From Dehalococcoidia bacterium UBA1162 (GTDB lineage: Bacteria; Chloroflexota; Dehalococcoidia; GIF9; UBA5629): DNA of 64,000 nt. Below the pieces are notes generated by a model, which was not told the DNA's origin, ran no database searches, and was given only the letters and a program-made list of their open reading frames with translations. Shown here piece after piece: positions 29,065 to 39,168 of the stretch. The translations under genes and the position numbers were made by a program. The number at the start of each line of letters is the position of its first letter. Position 1 is the first letter of the stretch. The stretch is taken from assembly GCA_002311135.1 (NCBI GenBank), contig DBZK01000037.1, positions 73,852-137,851 of the forward strand, in the 5' to 3' direction.

Positions 29065-29391
29065 ATGAAATTATTTAAATCAGCGCAAAAGGGTTTTACG
29101 CTAATCGAGTTGTTGGTGGTCATTTCCATCCTGGGCGTCCTCGCTGCTGTGGTAATCCTTAACGTTACCAAGTACATGGGCCAAGGCAAGACCCAGGCTG
29201 GGGCAACCGAGCTGGCCAATGTGCAGACGGCAGTATCAGCCTACATGTATGACAACACAGGCGCCATCGCGGCCGGTACCGCCACCCCGGCCAATAGCGG
29301 AGGTATTCTGTCCCCCTATTTCCTGGGCAGTCCGCATGGAAGCTATAGCTGGGATTCAACCGGCAAGGTAACCCAGACAACCTATCCGTGA
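29065..29391 (+). CDS. pilA: Type IV pilin, likely the major pilin
   Basis: QKG|FTLIELLVVISILGVLAAV class III signal; strong AGGAGG RBS; own promoter and terminator. Confidence 0.88.
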   Translation: MKLFKSAQKGFTLIELLVVISILGVLAAVVILNVTKYMGQGKTQAGATELANVQTAVSAYMYDNTGAIAAGTATPANSGGILSPYFLGSPHGSYSWDSTGKVTQTTYP

Positions 29392-29417
29392 GAACAATTA
29401 GTTAAAGCAAATCGGAT

Positions 29418-29455
29418 AAAGAAAGAGCGTGGACTTTAATCCACGCTCTCTTTTT
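29418..29455. terminator. Bidirectional intrinsic terminator between pilA and pilT
   Basis: AGAGCGTGGA-loop-TCCACGCTCT with flanking A- and T-tracts. Confidence 0.88.
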
Positions 29456-29473
29456 ATGCTTCACAACCCCGCT

Positions 29474-30544
29474 TCATTTAATCGTGCCTTCAGACCTCAA
29501 TATTTTGTTTATATCGTCCGCATCCTGACAGAAGGCATACACCGCTTCCCGGGATATTATCTTTCTCCTGAAGAGGTCTACCAGCGCATCATCCAGCGTC
29601 TTCATTCCCATATTGGCGCTGGTGCGGATGGTATTGGGGATCAGGAATGGTTTTCCTTCCCTGATAAGGTTCTTCACCGCCGCGTTGGCCAGCATGATTT
29701 CAACCGCTGCTACACGTCCGCCGCCTATACGAGGAACCAGAACCTGGCAAAACACCGCCAGTAGAGTGGACGCCAGCCTGGACTGGGCCATTTGCCTCTC
29801 ATGGGGAGGGAAGAGGTCCACGATCCTCTCAACAGATTGGGCCGCGCTGGGCGCATGCCCGGTGGACAGCACCAGGTGGCCTGTTTCGGCTACGGTCAGG
29901 ACGGCGGAGGCTGTCTCAAGGTCCCTCATTTCACCTACCAGTATCACATCCGGGTCCTGCCTCAGGACGTACTTTAAAGCGTTAACGAACGAATGCGTAT
30001 CCTGGTCGAGCTCCCTCTGTGAGAATGCGCATTTAATACCCGGATGTATATATTCGATAGGGTCTTCGATGGTAACGACGTACCTCTTCATCGAATGGTT
30101 CAGGTGATTGAACATGGCCGCTATGGTCGTGCTTTTACCTGAACCGGTGGGGCCAGTAACCAGTATCAGTCCCCTGGGCCGCGTTATCAAGTCCTTGACA
30201 ATATCGGGCAGGCCGATTTCCTCGACGCTGGGAATATGGTCCGACAAAATACGTATGGCCAAACTGATCGAGCCCTGCTGCCAGCAGGCGTTACATCGGC
30301 CTCGCCCGCCACCAGGAAGCTCATGCGCAAAATCAACCTCCAACTCGGTCTTTAATAAATCCCGCAAATGCGTATTGGCGACCTGGTGAAAGAGGCGCTC
30401 GATATCCTCGCCCGTCATGATCCCGAATTCGGGGAACGGCTTTAACTCGCCGTCAATTCTCAACATGGGAGGTACGCCTGCTACCAAATGGAGGTCAGAG
30501 CCCTTTTCGTCTTTTGCCAGCTTTATCAAGTCCTGGATGTTCAT
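29474..30544 (-). CDS. pilT: Type IV pilus retraction ATPase
   Basis: SDLHL, GPTGSGKSTT, TIEDPIE, LRQDPDVILVGEMRD, AVKNLIRE. Confidence 0.93.
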   Translation of the reverse strand: MNIQDLIKLAKDEKGSDLHLVAGVPPMLRIDGELKPFPEFGIMTGEDIERLFHQVANTHLRDLLKTELEVDFAHELPGGGRGRCNACWQQGSISLAIRILSDHIPSVEEIGLPDIVKDLITRPRGLILVTGPTGSGKSTTIAAMFNHLNHSMKRYVVTIEDPIEYIHPGIKCAFSQRELDQDTHSFVNALKYVLRQDPDVILVGEMRDLETASAVLTVAETGHLVLSTGHAPSAAQSVERIVDLFPPHERQMAQSRLASTLLAVFCQVLVPRIGGGRVAAVEIMLANAAVKNLIREGKPFLIPNTIRTSANMGMKTLDDALVDLFRRKIISREAVYAFCQDADDINKILRSEGTIK

Positions 30545-30578
30545 CTGTAGCCTTTGTAACCCCTTGAAATTCGGCCGC

Positions 30579-31988
30579 TTATCTTTGCGGCGTCAAGTTG
30601 ATCTGAAATTGCGTTTGATTGTACGATATGGTGATTATAGAACTCACGGTTACCAGCTGGTAATTTCCATTCTCCCGGAGATTGCGCGCATAATCGAGCG
30701 CCGTATCCCCGTTAGGGGCCATGCCCTGAATGGTTATGGTTTTGCCGTCGTCATGGACAGATGTCAAATAAATGAATCCCGGCAGGGGAGCTATTAAATC
30801 CCCCCAGTCCCTGTTGATATAAGCCCTTTCCTGTGCCAGGTAATCCAGAGGCGCCTTTAAGGCATTGAGTGTTTTCTGGTACTGGTCGCGTAGTTGGGCG
30901 GCTTTATCGCCCTGCTCTTTGACAGCCTTCTGTGTATCCACGACCTGCTGTGTTTTTTCATTGATAAGCATCTGCAGGCTTGTATTCTGCGCAAACATCG
31001 AATTATAAAGGACGTAGGTGGCAATAAATATCACTGAAGCAATAGCCAGCGCGTAAAACGGGAGCTTGCTGCTCATGGTCGTTTGTTTAGTTGCCGCCAG
31101 CCTGGGCATGACATCGATATTGACCTTCATCAGCTTCGCTGCACCACCCATTCCCTTCAAAGCCATGCCGGTATTGGCGGCAAACCTGCGCTCATCGATC
31201 CCGGCCGGATAAACCAGGCTGGAAGGCAACGGTTTTACACTGTACGGAATAACCCGCGCCAGGCCGTCGCTCAGGTCACCGCTCAAGAAGCATTTTGCAT
31301 TTTTGTCCAGTTGTCGGTCGGTATGGCTGGAATTATAAAAATTGACCGTCCTCACAATTTCATCATTGATCGTGGATATCTTGTCGGGCTCGCTCATGTC
31401 CGCTTGAGCGAAGGTTAGGCTACGCATGAGCTCGGGTATCCCCGAATCAAGCACGCTGATATCAAAGCCGTTGGCCTGGACATTGACCACCACGGCGGTC
31501 TGTTCATCCACCACCCGGTCGATGGCCAGCGGCTTAAGCTCCAGCGATTTCAACCTGAGGCCGCTGAGCGTGAGGGTTTCCATCACCGAGTCGACATTCT
31601 CATGAGGCAAGCCCAGCAAGCACAGCGCCGATTCAATGCTGGATATCTTGACATCCTGCCACGATGTATAAAGGGTTTCGAGAGGGACCGGACTGACGCG
31701 TTCCATCTCCTTGCCGGCGGCTTCCGCCAGCAAACCCCTTTCCAACTTAGGCACGTATACCACCCTGTAAATTGAATGAACGCCGCTTACGCAGGCTATG
31801 GCTTCCGTCTCCCGTATATTATTGGCGGAAAGCAGGCTGATAATTTGTTGACTCACCGAATCCTTATCGATAACAACACCGTTCTGCACCCAACCTGCCT
31901 CTAATTTCACCTCGATAGCGGAGACCACCCGTTTGCCGTTGACCCGGGTTATCCTTACCGAATCATCTTCAATATTTAGTATCAACAT
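30579..31988 (-). CDS. PilM-PilN fusion (alignment complex)
   Basis: Actin-like PilM region, then NIDVMP, one TM helix, coiled coil and a PilN-like C-terminal domain. Confidence 0.72.
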   Translation of the reverse strand: MLILNIEDDSVRITRVNGKRVVSAIEVKLEAGWVQNGVVIDKDSVSQQIISLLSANNIRETEAIACVSGVHSIYRVVYVPKLERGLLAEAAGKEMERVSPVPLETLYTSWQDVKISSIESALCLLGLPHENVDSVMETLTLSGLRLKSLELKPLAIDRVVDEQTAVVVNVQANGFDISVLDSGIPELMRSLTFAQADMSEPDKISTINDEIVRTVNFYNSSHTDRQLDKNAKCFLSGDLSDGLARVIPYSVKPLPSSLVYPAGIDERRFAANTGMALKGMGGAAKLMKVNIDVMPRLAATKQTTMSSKLPFYALAIASVIFIATYVLYNSMFAQNTSLQMLINEKTQQVVDTQKAVKEQGDKAAQLRDQYQKTLNALKAPLDYLAQERAYINRDWGDLIAPLPGFIYLTSVHDDGKTITIQGMAPNGDTALDYARNLRENGNYQLVTVSSIITISYNQTQFQINLTPQR

Positions 31989-32009
31989 TCTTCTTTTCCA
32001 GGCCGGCTC

Positions 32010-32609
32010 TTACTGATTTGTACAAAACACTGTTATAGTGACAGTGGCCTGGTCCGGATTCCCCTGGGCCTGAGCAGGCTGCATGTTTATATCCGAAGCC
32101 ATGCTGGACGGCAGCACTTTATCCAGGTCCCTTATGAAATTCAGGAAATTCTGGATCCAGCCGTTCATGCCGATCGCATAAATTGTCACGGGATAATCCG
32201 TTCCCTGTAATTGGGCCGTACCAGTTGAGATAGCCATAGAGGTGATGGTGATGTTATATTGCCAGGCCAGGTTGATTAATTTTTGTGTTGTATCGATGCT
32301 GTCGCAGGCATTCCCATAGATTGCCCTTTGAGCAGCGATATCGGAGCTTAATTTGCTTATTTCGCTGTCGATGGAGGTCTGCGCAGTTAATTGCCCTTGA
32401 AGGTTATTGTACTGCGTGCCCAATTCCGCCAGCCTGTTATTTAAGGTGCTCTGCCTGTAGATCTCATCCGAGTAGGACATGGCGATAGGCACGATGGCTA
32501 TAAGAAACAGGGCCCCTACGATGATAAGCCAGACGGATGTGCTCAAGCGGGGTAGCCTTTGTAACAGGCTACTGGTGGCGCTTTTGGAAGAATTAGCGGG
32601 CGGACGCAA
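32010..32609 (-). CDS. PilO-like pilus assembly protein
   Basis: N-terminal TM helix, coiled coil, G.IQNFLNFIRDL pattern; position in the operon. Confidence 0.62.
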   Translation of the reverse strand: MRPPANSSKSATSSLLQRLPRLSTSVWLIIVGALFLIAIVPIAMSYSDEIYRQSTLNNRLAELGTQYNNLQGQLTAQTSIDSEISKLSSDIAAQRAIYGNACDSIDTTQKLINLAWQYNITITSMAISTGTAQLQGTDYPVTIYAIGMNGWIQNFLNFIRDLDKVLPSSMASDINMQPAQAQGNPDQATVTITVFCTNQ

Positions 32610-32695
32610 TTCTATTTATTCCTACCAGCCTTTTGCGCATATTATACATTAAATAAACTATGTTTTAACCCGTCCTCTTATTTTAACAAAGTATC

Positions 32696-33946
32696 TCACT
32701 GATAGTTGTAGCCAATTAAAAGGGGCGTGCCTCCCAGGCCTGCGCCGGGAATTTGGGTCTCGGAGTGGATGCCGCTCATGTACTTGATAATTGCGCTTCC
32801 TTGCATCGTGATGCTCTTGGCTATAACAGATCCGTACACGTAAGCGGAACCGCTCAGAGTGGCATCTGCATTGGGCGCATATATAACGGCTGCTACTTGT
32901 CCGCTGCCGCCGATAGTAACTGTAGTGCCCTGACAGATTATAAAGGGTATATTCCCTGCCACAAGGTTGGCGTTAGCGCTTCCGTCTAACGTTAGATTTC
33001 CTCCACATACAATTGTATACGCCCCATCCACTACGCCACTATTTGCAATATGCAGGTTGCCCGTGCAATACACTGTGCCATTCAAATGGACTGTGACGCT
33101 GCCCCCTATGGTCAGGTCGCCGGTTATATAGGCCGGGCCCGGGAATGTATAAGTCCCATAGCCCGGCACAGGGCTACTGCCGTAATGGCTGCCGGCGCTA
33201 GCCTGGTTGATGAAAGTCTGGACATTAACGCTATATGAGACGGGTGGAGCGCCGGTTACCGTGCTGCCGTCACAGGTGCCGGTATTGCAGTTGCTGATCG
33301 TTGCCGTCCCCGTTGCCGATGCCACGCCCTGCGCAGCAGTGCCTGAACCACAGGTATTGCAGGCAGAACAACATGTGCCTCCTACCGTTGCGCTTGGCGT
33401 TAAAGTTATATTCCCGTTGGCATAAATATTGCCATAGTTGCCGGCTTGCCTACCATCGGATAGTATATGGGCTCCGCCTGTCATCGAAAAATCCCCATTG
33501 AGGCTGGAGGCAGCCTCGTTGAATATATTATTGCCGGGCGCCGGAACCTGGATTAAGGCAATTACCTTTGCCCGGGTTTTACCGCCCGAGGCCGCGCTGG
33601 ATGTAATCGTATAATTATCGTATGAGCTATCGGGAGCTCGGCTATCCGCCACCGCTAACGCCACCGTCATCCCATTTATTGGATTAGGAATAATAGGAAG
33701 ATAAGTAGAAGTAATACTGTTGGGGTTTTTATTCCAGTACCAGTATAATGCTTGGATGCCCGAATCGGCCGCGTAATAAGCCGCTACGTCTTGCTGAGCA
33801 TTGGAGTTAATGGTCAGGAGTGAATACATGAACCCCAGCCCGGGCACAACTATTAAAGTTGCCGCCACCAGCAGTATCAAAGCCAGGGGCAATATCATGC
33901 CGCGCTCTTTACGGCCGATTTTTCTCAGAAACCTCTTAAATATCAT
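32696..33946 (-). CDS. PilX-like minor pilin/adhesin with a C-terminal beta-solenoid-like domain
   Basis: KERG|MILPLALILL, AYYAADSG; repeated YxxGxLTI-type units, IYAPNA. Confidence 0.75.
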   Translation of the reverse strand: MIFKRFLRKIGRKERGMILPLALILLVAATLIVVPGLGFMYSLLTINSNAQQDVAAYYAADSGIQALYWYWNKNPNSITSTYLPIIPNPINGMTVALAVADSRAPDSSYDNYTITSSAASGGKTRAKVIALIQVPAPGNNIFNEAASSLNGDFSMTGGAHILSDGRQAGNYGNIYANGNITLTPSATVGGTCCSACNTCGSGTAAQGVASATGTATISNCNTGTCDGSTVTGAPPVSYSVNVQTFINQASAGSHYGSSPVPGYGTYTFPGPAYITGDLTIGGSVTVHLNGTVYCTGNLHIANSGVVDGAYTIVCGGNLTLDGSANANLVAGNIPFIICQGTTVTIGGSGQVAAVIYAPNADATLSGSAYVYGSVIAKSITMQGSAIIKYMSGIHSETQIPGAGLGGTPLLIGYNYQ

Positions 33947-34479
33947 AATGCACCTAACTGCGGCGGCATCCTCTGGTAAAACTTGAACGTTATATTGTCG
34001 CTGGCATATTTATTTGTACCCAAACTTTTAGCCGCCCTGATAGTAAGTAAATATGTGTTATTCTCTGTAACCGTGGGGGTGACCTTAATAAAGGAGGTGC
34101 TGGCCGGGTCTATATATTGCGCGATGTAATTCCCGTTGCGCAGCAAGTTACCATTGGTTATCGTATAGGTTACGGTGCCACGCGTGAATGCACTCCCGCT
34201 CCATTGATAGCAGGTCATCGAGCACAAGTTGCCTGGAGAGACTGCCGTTATATTGTCGGCGCTGGCGACGTCTTTAGCTATCGAAACCCCGGCCTCGTGT
34301 ACCTGTGCCAGAACTATGGCCTGCGCCACATCGGAGCTGGTTAGCCTGGTTGCTTCGCTGAATGTCATGGCCATAACCGCGCTGGCTCCGCCGATGATTG
34401 ACAGGATAATGATCAGTTCAAGCAGTGTAAAACCCCTGCTCCACCTTGCAGCCGCATTGCCCTTTTTAAAAATATTCAT
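33943..34479 (-). CDS. Minor type IV pilin (PilW-like)
   Basis: SRG|FTLLELIIILSII class III signal. Confidence 0.8.
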   Translation of the reverse strand: MNIFKKGNAAARWSRGFTLLELIIILSIIGGASAVMAMTFSEATRLTSSDVAQAIVLAQVHEAGVSIAKDVASADNITAVSPGNLCSMTCYQWSGSAFTRGTVTYTITNGNLLRNGNYIAQYIDPASTSFIKVTPTVTENNTYLLTIRAAKSLGTNKYASDNITFKFYQRMPPQLGAL

Positions 34480-34490
34480 TTTATGTCAAT

Positions 34491-34955
34491 CTAATAACCG
34501 ATAATATATTCGGTTATCCCCGCCTCTTGCTTGTTATTATAATTAACGGTAACTGTCACCTGCTGGATTTTGGAGTCGCTGTTATATGGCGACTGGCTAA
34601 TCGCAGCTCCCTGCACGATGACTGTATAGCCGGTATAACCCGGGGGAAGGCTATTATGGGAAGAATCCCAGGCCGGGTAGGGCCCGCCCGGTATTGTATA
34701 TGACCAGGGGGGTGTCCCAGCGGGTGTCCCAGCTTTGAGGATATTGGTCCAGTTGTCGCCGACAGACCTGACGTACTCCAACTCGTAACGCGCCAGGCCC
34801 TCCGCCGTCATATTGACGCGAGCTATCGTATTGCCCTGGATGGTTGTATATATGCCCGCAACCAGGGTTACGCCCACGAAGCCCAGAATAGCGACGGCAA
34901 CCAGGGCTTCCACCAGGCTGACGCCCCGCTCCCCGCCAGCACCTGATGGCCACAT
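34491..34955 (-). CDS. Minor type IV pilin (PilV-like); start placed at ATG 34955
   Basis: ERG|VSLVEALVAVAILG; A..LARYELE; the ATG sits just after the pilC stop. Confidence 0.8.
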   Translation of the reverse strand: MWPSGAGGERGVSLVEALVAVAILGFVGVTLVAGIYTTIQGNTIARVNMTAEGLARYELEYVRSVGDNWTNILKAGTPAGTPPWSYTIPGGPYPAWDSSHNSLPPGYTGYTVIVQGAAISQSPYNSDSKIQQVTVTVNYNNKQEAGITEYIIGY

Positions 34956-34959
34956 GCCT

Positions 34960-36174
34960 TTACCCTCCCCCTCCCACCATGCTGGTGGCGGAGTAGATGG
35001 GCACGAAAATAGATAACGCCAGGAAACCCACAACCAGGCCGATGGCCACGGTCATGGCGGGCTCAATCAGGCCCAGCAGCGTCTGCAGCTTGTCCGCCGC
35101 CTCAATTTCGAAGCTGTCAGAAACCACCGTCAAAGTGCTGTCGAGGTTACCCGTCTCCTCCCCCACCCTGGTCATCTCCACCATGAGCGGAAGGAAAACG
35201 GGCCGGCTCCTCATAGCCCCGGCCAGCGCCTCGCCCTTGATAATATCCTGCTCCACATCCCTGAGTGCCTTGGCGATAACCCTGTTGCCTGCCGAATCGG
35301 CTGTCAACGTTAATATATCGGGCAGGGGCAGGCCGGACCTGAATAACAGGGTTATGCTGCGGCAGATACGTGAAAGGGTGTTGAGCAGGATGAGCCTGCC
35401 CAATACCGGCAATCTCAATAAAAGGGCGTCCTTCTGATAGGCGCCCTCCGGCGTGCGGGTGTATAAATATCCAACTACACCCGCCACGGCGATAGCCATA
35501 ATTATATATATGCCGTAGCTGGTGGCGAATGTAATCCCCCATATCAGTATCTGCGTGATCAGCGGCAGGTTGCCGCCCAGGTTTTTAAATACGGCCAGGA
35601 TTGGCGGCAAAATAAACGTGACCATAAGTATAGCCACCAGAATGGCCAGGACCAGCACCACAGCAGGATAAGTGGTCGCCTGCTTGACTTTCCTGACAGC
35701 CGCCGTAGCCTGCTCGGAATAGCCCGCAAGGTTCCTCAATACGCTCTCCAGTTGACCTGTCTGCTCGCCGACTGCAATGATCTTACAAAACATCTTGGAA
35801 AAAGCCCCGGGGTGTTTCTCCAGGGCGACGGATAACGGCAAGCCCGCACGCAGGTCGGTTACCACTCTGCTCAGCATGGCCGCAAAATTTTTATTGACCG
35901 ACTGAACGCGCAGTAGTTCGAGGCTTTGTACGATACCCACCCCTGACTCAAGAAGCAGGGCCAGTTGTCTGGAAAACATCACCACATCTTCCGGCTTGAT
36001 TTTGGGCTTCATAAAAGAAGGGACGCCCGTCAGGAAAGGGGTGATGGGCTTTAAATTGAGTATCTGGTAGCCATCGCGCAAAAGGGCATCCCCGGCGCTC
36101 TTATCGCTATCGGCAGTTATCCTGCCTTTTACGACACGGCGGTCAACCGTGTATCCGACATATTCGTATTCCAT
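34960..36174 (-). CDS. pilC: Type IV pilus inner-membrane platform protein
   Basis: FSRQLALLLESG, VGEQTGQL, TYP, VGEETGNL, LIEP. Confidence 0.93.
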   Translation of the reverse strand: MEYEYVGYTVDRRVVKGRITADSDKSAGDALLRDGYQILNLKPITPFLTGVPSFMKPKIKPEDVVMFSRQLALLLESGVGIVQSLELLRVQSVNKNFAAMLSRVVTDLRAGLPLSVALEKHPGAFSKMFCKIIAVGEQTGQLESVLRNLAGYSEQATAAVRKVKQATTYPAVVLVLAILVAILMVTFILPPILAVFKNLGGNLPLITQILIWGITFATSYGIYIIMAIAVAGVVGYLYTRTPEGAYQKDALLLRLPVLGRLILLNTLSRICRSITLLFRSGLPLPDILTLTADSAGNRVIAKALRDVEQDIIKGEALAGAMRSRPVFLPLMVEMTRVGEETGNLDSTLTVVSDSFEIEAADKLQTLLGLIEPAMTVAIGLVVGFLALSIFVPIYSATSMVGGGG

Positions 36175-36219
36175 AGTCCATATCCTACATATATATAAGA
36201 TAGTTCCCGATGCTGAGTG

Positions 36220-37779
36220 TTAAGAGATGGAAAAGGCATTCCTGAGGACTTCATAGGGGGTAGTGATCCCGGCTTTGGCCTTCATCATGCCGTCTTTAGC
36301 AATGGTCACCAGGCCCTGGCTGAGCGCCGTGGCATGGATATCCTGATTTCCTGCCCCCGCCACTATCATACGTCGCAGCTCATCGGTCATGGTCAATATC
36401 TCAAATATTGCGGTGCGCCCCAGGTAGCCGGAATATACACATTCTTTGCAGCCTGCGCCGTACATAAACTCCGTCCTGCTCTCCCCCATCTCTTTCTCGT
36501 AGGCTATTTGCTCAACCAGCGGTATCGTAACCTTGCGGGCACAATGAGGGCAAACGCGCCTGACCATCCTCTGGGCTACTATGCCTACCAAAGCGGAGCT
36601 TATCAGGAACGGCTCAACGCCCAGGTCGATCAGCCGGAATATCACTCCCACTGTCTCATTTGCATGAACGGACGAAAGGACCAAATGTCCCGTAAGCGCC
36701 GACTGAACGGCAATCTGCGCAGTCTCACCATCGCGTATCTCACCCACCAGGATCACATCGGGATCGAGCCTGACGATAGACCGCAGCCCGCTGGCAAAGG
36801 TCAGGCCTGCCTTGATATTTACCTGTATCTGATTAATATTTTCAAAGCGGTACTCGACCGGATCTTCGATGGTTATAATGTTCTTGCCCACACTATCCAG
36901 GGAGTTGACCGCCGCATAAAGGGTGGTTGTTTTGCCGGCGCCTGTCGGGCCGCTGATCAAGACCATGCCATAGGGCATCATCAGCATCTTTTCATATTGC
37001 TCCTGGCTTTCCCTGAGAAAGCCGATCTGCGGAAGAGCCAGCGCCGCCATAGATTTATCCAGAAGCCTCAGTACGCCCATTTCACCGTTAACAGTATTGA
37101 CTGTGGCCACGCGTACATCTATCCTCTTATCCCCGGATTCGAAGGAGAATTGCCCGTCCTGCGGCCGGCGGTGGTCGGCAATATTCATATCGGAAAGGAT
37201 TTTGATGCGTGATATTAATGCGGTATGTACGCTCAGAGGCAACGAGGCGACCTCATGTAAAATACCATCTATCCTGTAGCGAACGCGTAGCCTTATTTCA
37301 TCCGGCTCAATATGGATGTCGGAGGCACGTGCCTTGACACCTTCCTCCAGCAGCCTGTCGAGCTGGCGGGCTATAGGTGTATCGGAGGCCTCATCCGCCA
37401 TTGTAACATCGACTGGAGACTGGGTTGGAGAAGTCCGTTCACCACCCTTGCTCCCCTCTTTCATCGTCTTGTAATTGTAATCAATAGCCTCTTTAATATC
37501 AGCCTCTGTAGCAGGTATCGGCTCAATCCTTTTTTTAGTATAAATTGAGAGGTTCTCTATGGTGAGTATGTCGCTGGGATTGGCCATGTATACGCGGCAC
37601 GTGTTGCCGTCCAGGGATTGTGGCAGCACATTATATTTCCTGGCGATATCCTCAGGCACTAGTTGCAGCGCCTCCGGCATGGGCGCGTCCGACTGGACAT
37701 TCAACCTGGCAATACCAGGCTTGGCCGGACCATTCCTAGTATTGGACCTGCCCTTTGTTTCGTTGGAATCAGATGCCAT
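36220..37779 (-). CDS. pilB: Type IV pilus assembly ATPase (GspE/PilB)
   Basis: ASDIHIEP, RYRIDG, GPTGAGKTTT, DPDVILVGEIRD, CPHC/CKEC. Confidence 0.94.
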   Translation of the reverse strand: MASDSNETKGRSNTRNGPAKPGIARLNVQSDAPMPEALQLVPEDIARKYNVLPQSLDGNTCRVYMANPSDILTIENLSIYTKKRIEPIPATEADIKEAIDYNYKTMKEGSKGGERTSPTQSPVDVTMADEASDTPIARQLDRLLEEGVKARASDIHIEPDEIRLRVRYRIDGILHEVASLPLSVHTALISRIKILSDMNIADHRRPQDGQFSFESGDKRIDVRVATVNTVNGEMGVLRLLDKSMAALALPQIGFLRESQEQYEKMLMMPYGMVLISGPTGAGKTTTLYAAVNSLDSVGKNIITIEDPVEYRFENINQIQVNIKAGLTFASGLRSIVRLDPDVILVGEIRDGETAQIAVQSALTGHLVLSSVHANETVGVIFRLIDLGVEPFLISSALVGIVAQRMVRRVCPHCARKVTIPLVEQIAYEKEMGESRTEFMYGAGCKECVYSGYLGRTAIFEILTMTDELRRMIVAGAGNQDIHATALSQGLVTIAKDGMMKAKAGITTPYEVLRNAFSIS

Positions 37780-37806
37780 TATCGCCTCGCCTGGTGATTA
37801 TAACTA

Positions 37807-39168
37807 TCATGCTAAAGTGGCCGCGTCCTCAACATTTATAATTTTTATCTTCTGCTGTTCGGCGAACTGCTGCGCCTCTTTGGCCAGGCCGGGCGACGCC
37901 AGCAGTATTTTGTCGTGGATGCCGATATCGTAGGCTTTGGTATCGTAGGCGGAGACCGCCTCCAGACTGACCCCCTTGGGATCCACCAATATTCCAATAG
38001 ATATGGTATGCGTGAACAGGCCGTCGTCATAATAAGCGATAATATCCATAGTGTATTCGGCGCCCGATCGGCCGCGTATCCTGGCTTTTTCCTCCGTCCT
38101 GTAACCCTGTCCGTGCAGATATTTCAATAGCTGTTTGCGGCTCTCAAAGCTGAAAGGCTTTTTATTGACCTTGGCCGGCAGGTTGTCCGCAGCTCCTTTT
38201 AAGAACGTCTCCAGCTCATCGGCGTTGAACGATTTGATGCGCTGCCTCTGGGCAAATTGCCTGGCTTCGCTGTTTAGTCCCGGCATAGCCAGCAGAATCT
38301 TATCGTGTATACCCAGGTCATAGGCCTTGTTATCGAATCTGAAGACATCCTCCAGGCCAATATTCTCCGAGTCGTGCCCGATGGCTATACCTATGCCCAG
38401 GACAAATGTGAGGAACCCATCGTCACGCGAAGCCAGCATATCCATGACATGCGTTACGCCCGACCCGGACCCGCTGTTCACCCTGGCTTTCTCAAACACG
38501 TTATAGCCCTGCTGTTCCAGGTAGCTGATAAATTTAGACTTAAAGCCCATATCAAAAGTCAGCCAGTTCCTGCTCAGCTCATTCAAAATATACGAGTTTA
38601 TGGTCTGTACTTTCGCTTCTTCATCCGAGAAGAAGATGGAGCATTTAAGGCACTGCCACTTCATTGTGATCTCGGTGGAAAGTCCGCCGCAGCTCTGGCA
38701 TTTATAGTTCACGCCCAGGCTGCGATAATCAGTCCCCAAGAATTTAAGCGGCTTTTTACAATGCGGGCAGACGTATTTCCCCCCGGCGATAAACTCCTGC
38801 TCAAGCCCGTTCTTCCCACAGGAGAAGTGCTCAAGTATCCTTCCTTTGGCGACATTGCCCGACCCGCATTTGGGGCACCTCAAACTGGGCCTCAAATTCA
38901 TGGAACTACATACGGGACAAAAGATCAGGCGGTCATAGAAGCGGGCCTCCAGTATGCGCTCTTCAACCAGGCTGTCCAATATTTTTACAACCTCTTCTGA
39001 TGTCTTGCCCAGCATGGTTTCAACCTGGGGATATACGGCGCCGGACTGCCTGGTGAAGTCGATAACCGGCCGTATCTCTTCAATACGGCCGTCGATCATT
39101 TCGTTGATGAGGTGCAGCACCTTGGGATCATGCGTTGCCGTTTGAGAAGCTTCTAAAATCTCGATCAT
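37807..39168 (-). CDS. TackOD1-like multi-Zn-ribbon protein with two tandem degenerate restriction-endonuclease-fold domains
   Basis: CPVC, CPKC, HFSCG, CPHC, GTDY, CQSC, CLKC, then a duplicated GY..EKAR..G.SG...MD...KAYD.GIHDKILLA unit; start placed at ATG 39168. Confidence 0.7.
   Translation of the reverse strand: MIEILEASQTATHDPKVLHLINEMIDGRIEEIRPVIDFTRQSGAVYPQVETMLGKTSEEVVKILDSLVEERILEARFYDRLIFCPVCSSMNLRPSLRCPKCGSGNVAKGRILEHFSCGKNGLEQEFIAGGKYVCPHCKKPLKFLGTDYRSLGVNYKCQSCGGLSTEITMKWQCLKCSIFFSDEEAKVQTINSYILNELSRNWLTFDMGFKSKFISYLEQQGYNVFEKARVNSGSGSGVTHVMDMLASRDDGFLTFVLGIGIAIGHDSENIGLEDVFRFDNKAYDLGIHDKILLAMPGLNSEARQFAQRQRIKSFNADELETFLKGAADNLPAKVNKKPFSFESRKQLLKYLHGQGYRTEEKARIRGRSGAEYTMDIIAYYDDGLFTHTISIGILVDPKGVSLEAVSAYDTKAYDIGIHDKILLASPGLAKEAQQFAEQQKIKIINVEDAATLA

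Noticed and set aside
36217..37212. 331-aa plus-strand ORF
   Set aside because: Antisense shadow of pilB with no recognisable motifs
38305..39000. 231-aa plus-strand ORF
   Set aside because: Antisense shadow of the TackOD1-like gene
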